From positions 57,352 to 121,351 of the forward strand of contig HF994458.1 of NCBI GenBank assembly GCA_000434195.1: a stretch of 64,000 nucleotides of DNA, written 5' to 3'. Both the position numbers and the translations under genes were made by a program. The notes below the pieces were generated by a model. That model searched no databases, was not told where the DNA came from, and saw only the letters and a list, made by a program, of their open reading frames with translations. Below, one piece after another: positions 57,102 to 64,000 of this stretch; position 1 is the stretch's first letter; every line of letters begins with the position of its first letter. Source of the DNA: Clostridium sp. CAG:780 (lineage in GTDB: Bacteria > Bacillota > Clostridia > TANB77 > CAG-508).

Positions 57102-60100
57102 TTAATTTTTTATTACATATTTTTTAATTGAGTAAATTCCTACAAATAATATTCCTAATACAGAAATTATTAATGTTGTATAAATTACCATTTGTCCAGT
57201 TCGTACTGTTATTACTACATTTGCACTTCCCAAGTCATTTTCTTTTTCGCTCTTATTTCCTGGTGTTGAGTTTTTATCTTGTAGTCCTAGTATGTTGTAG
57301 TCTTCTGCAATTTCTGCTGTATTTACAACTGTTCCTGTGTTTTCTCCTGTCATCTTTTTAGATAGTACTAAAGTAATTTCTTTGCTTTCTCCTGGATTAA
57401 TTACTGTTTTTGATAATTCTTCACTATATATGTTTCCATCTTTTCCAATGTATGCATTTGGATTTAGTTCTGCACTAAATTTCAAATCATCAGGTATATA
57501 GTCGACTATCTTTTTCGCATATCCTGGTACATTTCCTTCGTTTTTAACTACTATTTTGTATTCTATTATTACTGTACTTGATGCCATTTGTCTTGATGCA
57601 ATTTCTGTTTTTACTAGAGTTTTATCTTTGTTTTGATATTCGTTTATAGAAACTCCTGTATCATTGTTTACTGTTATTTTATTTATATACTTTTGCAAAC
57701 TTAAATCAAATTCTGCAACTCTGTATATACCAAGGTCTATGTTTTCTATGCTTGAATTTAGCATTTCGATTGTATCTGTTAAAGCAACTTTTGTATCAAT
57801 TCCCTGATATACTATTGTAGAGTTTATAGCATCTGAGTTTACTTGCTCATCTACTCCATTCTTTTGATATTCTGTTACTGTATATACTTGTGTATTATAT
57901 AAGAATGCTACTAAATACTCTCCTTTTTGAACTTTATCAAATGTATATCTTCCTATTGAATTTGTTATTGTTGTTAGTTCTAACTTTCCTGTTTTCTTAT
58001 TTATTAATAGTACTGTTATGCCAGATACTGTTTCTTCATTTGAATCGTATTTACCGTTTTTATTTGCGTCTATCCAGATTTTTCCTCTTATCTTATTTCC
58101 TTTGTCATCTTCTCCTGGATCTACTATCTCATTATTTGATACAATTCCGTTTTCTTCATTGTTTGATATCTCATTATTGCCTTCTATTGTATTATTGTTG
58201 TCATCTTCATCATCCTTAATAGCTTTTATTATAAAAGTTATTGTAGGAGATTGTTTTGTACCCAGTCCATAGTGTTCTGTTTCTAGATAGCTTGCTGTTT
58301 GTTGTTCTTTGTCTGTTTGCTCTTGTGTTACTCTTAATGTAATTGTTATTATTGCTTTATCTTTTTCAGGTAATTCTGATACAATGTATTCAACTCTTTT
58401 TTCTGTTTCATTCTTTTGTGTTATATAACTCTCTGTTCCGTTAACTACAATGTTTCCAGATACAAATTCTGTTCCTTCTGGTATATTGTAAATTGTTGTT
58501 ATATCATTAATTTTATCTTCGCCAGTATTTACTAGTTCAAATTGTGTTGTAATTAAATCATCTGTTTCTACATATATATCAGTTAAATTATTAGCTGTTA
58601 TATCATATGAAATATTTTTAGTTTCTATCATGACAATATTTGACACATATTCTTTTCCATCAATATTTGTTGTAGCTTGAGTTCTCATATCGTTACTAAT
58701 CTGTTTAATTTCTGCTCTTATTGTGATATTTTCATTATCCGTTAATTCTGGAACAACTATTGTAACTATGGTTCCGGCTTCATTTGCTGTTATTGTACAG
58801 TTTGTATATACTGTATTTACGCTACTAACGTATTTAGTTCCTTCTGGCAATCTATATTCTATCTTTAAGTTTTTAAGGCTTTGACTTTGTAACTTATTTA
58901 TTGCTAATTCCATTTCAACCATGTCGCCAACGCCCATTTTTAGATAATTGTATTGTATGTAGTTTGATAAAGCTATCGGTGCATCTATTATTGTAATATT
59001 ATATTCATTTGTTTTTATATACCCTTCATACTGATCAGCTTTTATCCTTGAAATAATAGATGTTTCTCCAATTTCAGATAATATTAAGAATATTGGCACT
59101 TTTTTAGTTTCTCCAGGATTTATGTTATTTACAGAAGCTTTAACTACTCCGTTTTCACATGTTACAGAACTTATTGTGTCACGGTACGTCATATGCTCTG
59201 GTAAAGGTATTTCTACACTAACATTTTCTAAAACTTGACTTCCTGTATTTTTTATTTCTGTGTACATTGTTACTCTTTTACCATATGTTACTGTTCCATT
59301 GTTTTCGAAATCATATGTGTATAGTCTAGCTTCTATTGATGGTCCGTCTTCTGCTTTTAATGTAATTTCTGGTGAAGCCTTTGTTTCTGCAACAGTCCCT
59401 GTTTCTGAATTATTATTTAGATATACCATGTAGTTTGATTTAATTTGGTCTTTGTAATTTACTTCTGCTGGTATGTTCAAAGAATAACTCCATGAAACAT
59501 CTTTGTGAGAAACCATTTCGTTATCTAATACTATTAAATAAGATTTTGCTGCACTGTAGTTAGCAACTGCTGTTGACCAACCATTGCTTACTTTGCTTAA
59601 ATCACTGTCTGCTGAATCATTTTCTGAATAGTATATAGTGTATGAGCTTGCTCCATTTAGAGTGATTGCTCCATTTAATGTAGTATTAATTGTATTACCC
59701 ATTAATGAGCTATCTGTGTAATTTGCTGATTTTGTATTTGGAATTCTTCCTAATATTTTTACTTCTGAAACTCCATTTTCATAGTTGTTTATTATTCTTC
59801 CATTTGCATTTGCTGTTCTTGCATTTTTGAATGCATCTAATTTGCCTACTGTTGTTTCTTCATTTACTAGTGAGATTTTTGCGCCATCTTCTGAATATGC
59901 GCTTATTTCATTTATTGCTACAATTCCTTTTGGTGCTACTACGTTTAATGTTGTTGATACTCTGTTTGTTGTTCCTGCATCATTCTCATTTGTGTATTCC
60001 ATTGCCAATACATCTTGTTTTGATGCTATTGTTTTATCTGCATCTATGTCTGCATATATCACTACACTTGTTCCTTTTGATGCTTGGTCATTGTATTTTG

Positions 60101-62051
60101 TTTGTTCTCCTTGGAAAGGAATTCTTATAACTTTGCTTCCCCCAACATTTTCTACTTGAGCTTCTCCCATTTGTAATTCTTCATTGTACAATGGTTTTAC
60201 AGATTTTATTCTTATGTCTGTTATGTATGAAGGTAAAGATATTCTTATTTCTGGATTTTTATATAGTAAATCCTTCTCAGACATTGTTTTTAATATTGCT
60301 GTTATTCCTACATTTTCATTTGTTATTACAGTAGATATATTTGAGTCTATTGATATTTCTGCATTTGATGTTGGTTCTACTAGTTCTACGAAGTTTTCTT
60401 TTTCTACTTTTCCAACTTCATTTGTTCCTAAGAAAGCTTTTGTTGTTGTAAATGTTCTTAATGCTTTTAAAGTTTTTATTACGTCTGTGCTATATTCTGT
60501 TTCTTTGTTTATTGCCTTTTCTATGTTTATCTTTAATTTTCCTTCTGCTACTGGTTTTGTTGTTTCTATTGTAATGCTGTTTGCGCCCTTTGTTGAAAGG
60601 TCTAATACTATATTTCCATCTTCATCAGGTGTTAAAGTTTTATCAGCTGTTTCTATAACAGCTTCATTTGCTATAATTTTTATTACACCATCTGTTCCAA
60701 ATATTCTTTGGAAGTCAGCTTGTGATATTTTTACATTTTTAACATATAGATTATTTGCTGTTGTTGCGATTGTGCTTGCTTTTTCATCTATAAACGTGTC
60801 ACTATTTGCAGTTATTGTAAGTTTGTCCATTAAATCTGCATAACCTACTTCTATACTGTATTCCTCGTTTATGCTTGATTCTCTCTTGTTTTCTTCTTCT
60901 GTTGTTTTGTTTAGATACATGTATCCTTTTCCGATTGTTGATTCTTTTATTGTTTTTTCAAAGTCAATAAATTCTCCTAATTTACCGCTCATTGTTTGAT
61001 TTATGCTTGCTGTTATCTCTTTTGTTACTTCTGTGTCTGCATAAGCCACACATTTGTAGTTTGCTGTTGATCGAACTTGCTCTGTGTTTGCTCTTGTATG
61101 TTCATATACATTTGCCGAATAAATATAATTTATTACATATTCGTCTGAGTTTTCTTTATTCCAATCAACTTCTCCTGATTCATTTTCTGTGTTTGTCATT
61201 GTTATTGTTAGTAGTGAATTTTCTTTGTCATAACTATAATTTGCTTCTGTAAATTCTTTTCCTGTATTCTCTCCATTTGTTGCACTTGTGCTATTTGCAT
61301 ATACTTTTACTTTTTCTGGTTTTTCTTCTCCTATTGATGGCACTGTTATTTTTATTTCTGTTGTTTTTATTGGCAATATGTTTTGTTTTATGTTTGTTTT
61401 AACTTTTGTTTGTAATAAAAGACCCTTTTGTTGATCTATGCTGTAAGGAATGTATTTTGTTATTCCATATCCTAGTTCTAGTTCTGGTTCTGCGTGCCAT
61501 TGTGTATGTATAACAATTGTTTTTGATATTATTTTTTGTTTTATGTTTGAGTTTGTATAGCTTCCTGTTACTTTTACTGTATTGTCTTGGTTAAATTCAT
61601 TTATTTTTATTTTGTTGTCATTGTTTTTTGGGGAAATATTTAAAACAATTTCTGTTTCGCCTGGTGCTACAATTTTGTTTAATACTACAGCTTTTTTGTC
61701 TTGGTTGATTGTTTGTATTTTACCAGCATTACTTTCATCATCTGCTATTTCAAAATTGCATGCTGAAAAGTCTATCGTTGTATTTTCAAGATAGCCCACT
61801 TCTTTTACTTTTACCTTAACGTACACCTTCTTCTCTTCTTCTTGCTGAATATCTATAACCTTTGTGTGTGTTCCGCCCTTGTAGTAAACATCTATTTCGA
61901 CATTGTCGTTATTGGTTGTTACTCCTTGGTTTTCTAGTTCACTTGCTGTTTTGAATTCATCTTTGGCATAGCTTATTACTGGGCTTGCCACTGTTAGCAA
62001 TAGCATTAGTGCTAGAATTGATGAAATTATTTTAGTTATTCTTGTTTGCAT
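57102..62051 (-). CDS. giant secreted surface protein A (many Ig-like/DUF11-like repeats, one SdrD-B-like domain, C-terminal TM anchor)
   Basis: 1649 aa. Signal peptide ending SYAKDE. Repeated ...N.G...L.N..V...LPEG(T/M).(Y/F)VS modules. D.NSTPGN...E.D motif. Ends VRTGQ + TM + KKYVIKN. Confidence 0.8.
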   Translation of the reverse strand: MQTRITKIISSILALMLLLTVASPVISYAKDEFKTASELENQGVTTNNDNVEIDVYYKGGTHTKVIDIQQEEEKKVYVKVKVKEVGYLENTTIDFSACNFEIADDESNAGKIQTINQDKKAVVLNKIVAPGETEIVLNISPKNNDNKIKINEFNQDNTVKVTGSYTNSNIKQKIISKTIVIHTQWHAEPELELGYGITKYIPYSIDQQKGLLLQTKVKTNIKQNILPIKTTEIKITVPSIGEEKPEKVKVYANSTSATNGENTGKEFTEANYSYDKENSLLTITMTNTENESGEVDWNKENSDEYVINYIYSANVYEHTRANTEQVRSTANYKCVAYADTEVTKEITASINQTMSGKLGEFIDFEKTIKESTIGKGYMYLNKTTEEENKRESSINEEYSIEVGYADLMDKLTITANSDTFIDEKASTIATTANNLYVKNVKISQADFQRIFGTDGVIKIIANEAVIETADKTLTPDEDGNIVLDLSTKGANSITIETTKPVAEGKLKINIEKAINKETEYSTDVIKTLKALRTFTTTKAFLGTNEVGKVEKENFVELVEPTSNAEISIDSNISTVITNENVGITAILKTMSEKDLLYKNPEIRISLPSYITDIRIKSVKPLYNEELQMGEAQVENVGGSKVIRIPFQGEQTKYNDQASKGTSVVIYADIDADKTIASKQDVLAMEYTNENDAGTTNRVSTTLNVVAPKGIVAINEISAYSEDGAKISLVNEETTVGKLDAFKNARTANANGRIINNYENGVSEVKILGRIPNTKSANYTDSSLMGNTINTTLNGAITLNGASSYTIYYSENDSADSDLSKVSNGWSTAVANYSAAKSYLIVLDNEMVSHKDVSWSYSLNIPAEVNYKDQIKSNYMVYLNNNSETGTVAETKASPEITLKAEDGPSIEARLYTYDFENNGTVTYGKRVTMYTEIKNTGSQVLENVSVEIPLPEHMTYRDTISSVTCENGVVKASVNNINPGETKKVPIFLILSEIGETSIISRIKADQYEGYIKTNEYNITIIDAPIALSNYIQYNYLKMGVGDMVEMELAINKLQSQSLKNLKIEYRLPEGTKYVSSVNTVYTNCTITANEAGTIVTIVVPELTDNENITIRAEIKQISNDMRTQATTNIDGKEYVSNIVMIETKNISYDITANNLTDIYVETDDLITTQFELVNTGEDKINDITTIYNIPEGTEFVSGNIVVNGTESYITQKNETEKRVEYIVSELPEKDKAIITITLRVTQEQTDKEQQTASYLETEHYGLGTKQSPTITFIIKAIKDDEDDNNNTIEGNNEISNNEENGIVSNNEIVDPGEDDKGNKIRGKIWIDANKNGKYDSNEETVSGITVLLINKKTGKLELTTITNSIGRYTFDKVQKGEYLVAFLYNTQVYTVTEYQKNGVDEQVNSDAINSTIVYQGIDTKVALTDTIEMLNSSIENIDLGIYRVAEFDLSLQKYINKITVNNDTGVSINEYQNKDKTLVKTEIASRQMASSTVIIEYKIVVKNEGNVPGYAKKIVDYIPDDLKFSAELNPNAYIGKDGNIYSEELSKTVINPGESKEITLVLSKKMTGENTGTVVNTAEIAEDYNILGLQDKNSTPGNKSEKENDLGSANVVITVRTGQMVIYTTLIISVLGILFVGIYSIKKYVIKN

Positions 62052-62382
62052 AGTTTAACCCCCAAAATATTTATTATATTTACTTTATTATCACTCATTT
62101 TTTAAGGTTTTTCAATGGTAATACTTACCTAAAAAAAGCACGTTTTTTTGATATAATTACGGATATTTCTTTTCTTAGGGTTTATTAAATTTCTATTACA
62201 TTTTTTGCTTTATTTTTACTCTTTTTTATAGTTTTATTTTTACCCATAATATGGTATTTTTCTTCCTTCCCTAAGCTTTTCTCGTTTTTGCACTTTCAGT
62301 TTAATTTTTGTAAAATCTTCCAAACTCTATATTTCCCTAATGTTTTCCACTTTTTTGTCACATTTTGTGGATTCTTGGCATA

Positions 62383-62420
62383 ATAAAAAAACAACTTATT
62401 AGATTTCTCTAATAAGCTGT
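62383..62420 (-). terminator. probable intrinsic terminator after surface protein C
   Basis: Stem ACAGCTTATTAG/CTAATAAGTTGT (one mismatch) plus a T7 run on the minus strand. Confidence 0.5.
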
Positions 62421-62446
62421 TTTTATTTATCCGTTTAAGATAGATT

Positions 62447-64000
62447 TTATTCTTTTTTTGTTATTTTTCTTGCTACGATTATTCCTGCTATTAATATGAT
62501 TGCTATTCCTATTCCTAATACGTAGTAGATGTATTTTTGTCCATATGGTGGCATTATTGTCACTTGTTGTGAACTATCTGCATCTATCTCTGTTGGTTCT
62601 TTTGTAGGATCTTGATTTCCTACTACTGAGTATGCCATTCTTCTTCCTGCTGTGTTTTTAACTTTTACAAGTTCTGTTAAGTTATTATATGATTTATCAT
62701 CACTAGTACTATCTGCAGAAATTGTTTGTGTTAATACTAAAGTTTTGGCAACTACTGATTTACTGTTATTAATTACATTTACAGCATTGAATGGATCGTT
62801 CTTTACTGTATCTGCTATTTTATTTGCTACATTGTTTTGGTCTGATATGATTGGAACTAGGTCTTTGCTTAATGAGTCTGTTGTTAATATTGTTGTATAT
62901 TTTTTAGCATTGTCTAGTATATCTCCACTTATCAATCCGTTTGAAGCCAAATCATTTGCTGATACTACATTCCATCCTTCATTTTCAGATGCTACAAATT
63001 TTATGTTGTTTCTTGTTGTATGTTCATCATCATCTGATTGATATCCTACATAGTCTACCATTGTCATTGGGTTTGTTTTTACTATTGTATTGTCTTTGTC
63101 GTTTGGTATTTGTCCTTTGTAGTAGAATCCATTTGTGTTGTAGTCTACTTCACCAACGTTTGCGACTGAGATTAAGTATGTTATTTTTATTTGTGCTCCA
63201 TGCATTTGCTCTTCGTCCATTGTTAGTTGTACACTACCTTTTCCTCCTGGTTCTCTAACTGCTGGTTCTTTCATTGTTTTGTTTATGTAGTTATCTTTTT
63301 CTGTATAAGTATTGTTTTGATCTTGTTTATGAGCTTTATGGTCTACCCATAGAACGTTTGAAGCTTTTCCTGTTGCATCAAATAGTATTGAATTGTTGCT
63401 TAGTCTTACTTCTGCGTGTTGTACTTGTTTTGTTACTTTTAATTGTGCTTTTGGTCTTTCTTGTAATCCTAAGTTTATTCCTTCAATATTGTAGTATCCT
63501 GATTGATTGTAATTGCTTGATCCTCTATTGTTTGAACCACTTGCTGATGTATCACTTACTGTTCTATCATATTCTATTTCTGCATTTATTTTTGCAGATT
63601 TAGCTATCATATATGTATCTTGTGTTGTGTTATATAATTTTTGAGATAGAGCATTTGTTACTTCATCTTTTCCACTATATTTATTTACATAGTTTCTTGT
63701 TCCTTGAGTTGACTCATTTCCCATAATGTCTCTTGCATATGAGTAATTTGTGTTTTTCTCTGATTCTAGTTGTCCTAATGCAATCCAGTAATTGTCATCA
63801 TCAGGATTATTTTCGTTGTAGTCTGAATGATATATTGTTGATTTGTAATCTTGACCATTGTATTTAATATATCCATTTTCTCCTTGCTCATCAAATCCAT
63901 ATGAGAATATTACGCAGTACTCTCCAGGAATATATCCTTTGAATGAGTATTTACCATTTTCATCTGTCTTTGTTATTGCAGGGAACCATTTTGAGCCATC
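62447..64000 (-). CDS. surface protein C, paralog of the C-terminal third of protein B (5'-truncated by the window edge)
   Basis: My translation of the minus frame stays open from 63724 to 64000 (…TDENGKYSFKGYIPGEYCVIF…ARDIMGNESTQGTRNYV). It aligns with protein B (GLQERPK…, LTMDE..MHGA.I.I.Y). Ends PPYGQ + TM + RKITKKE. Confidence 0.8.
   Translation of the reverse strand, partial: DGSKWFPAITKTDENGKYSFKGYIPGEYCVIFSYGFDEQGENGYIKYNGQDYKSTIYHSDYNENNPDDDNYWIALGQLESEKNTNYSYARDIMGNESTQGTRNYVNKYSGKDEVTNALSQKLYNTTQDTYMIAKSAKINAEIEYDRTVSDTSASGSNNRGSSNYNQSGYYNIEGINLGLQERPKAQLKVTKQVQHAEVRLSNNSILFDATGKASNVLWVDHKAHKQDQNNTYTEKDNYINKTMKEPAVREPGGKGSVQLTMDEEQMHGAQIKITYLISVANVGEVDYNTNGFYYKGQIPNDKDNTIVKTNPMTMVDYVGYQSDDDEHTTRNNIKFVASENEGWNVVSANDLASNGLISGDILDNAKKYTTILTTDSLSKDLVPIISDQNNVANKIADTVKNDPFNAVNVINNSKSVVAKTLVLTQTISADSTSDDKSYNNLTELVKVKNTAGRRMAYSVVGNQDPTKEPTEIDADSSQQVTIMPPYGQKYIYYVLGIGIAIILIAGIIVARKITKKE

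Noticed and set aside
51998-64000. Canonical LPXTG or (S/P)PXTG sortase signals and YPKN pilin motifs in the three surface proteins.
   Set aside because: I looked at the C-termini and the linker regions and found none. Only the xPxGQ/VRTGQ signature is present.
1-64000. CRISPR arrays, IS elements, integrases, prophage modules, restriction-modification or other known defence genes.
   Set aside because: I saw no repeat-spacer periodicity and no transposase, recombinase, phage or nuclease-helicase signatures in any ORF. The only toxin-antitoxin trace is the degraded mazF.

Overview
This is a very AT-rich chromosomal segment from a low-GC Firmicute or Clostridia-like anaerobe. It carries a sporulation-associated gene set (bofA, yaaL-like, yaaT/ricT, cwlD, ydcC-like). 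About 45 genes are present, most on the minus strand and most housekeeping: glmS with its ribozyme, serS with a T-box, gltX, RNase J, tRNA-Gly and tRNA-Cys, rnc, acpP, dusB, rodA, minDE, a four-subunit 2-oxoacid:ferredoxin oxidoreductase plus ferredoxin, holB, lepB, an OmpR/HisKA two-component pair, rpoB, rpoC and nrdDG. I saw no CRISPR array, transposase, integrase, phage block or recognisable defence system. The parts that do not look ordinary are: (1) a block of three giant secreted fibrillar adhesin-like proteins at 51998-64000, which lack LPXTG and share a conserved C-terminal G-Q + 29-residue anchor, one with a thioester-domain-like signature; (2) a 2728-aa cyclic beta-1,2-glucan synthase-like GT84+GH94 protein; (3) rpoC interrupted by an 89-bp imperfect tandem duplication whose differences are all synonymous, probably an assembly join; (4) a frameshifted orphan mazF; (5) a PilX-N-like/FGE-sulfatase fusion protein; (6) MinE with a long acidic tail. 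All calls rest on reading the translated ORFs and the DNA by eye. No searches were run.
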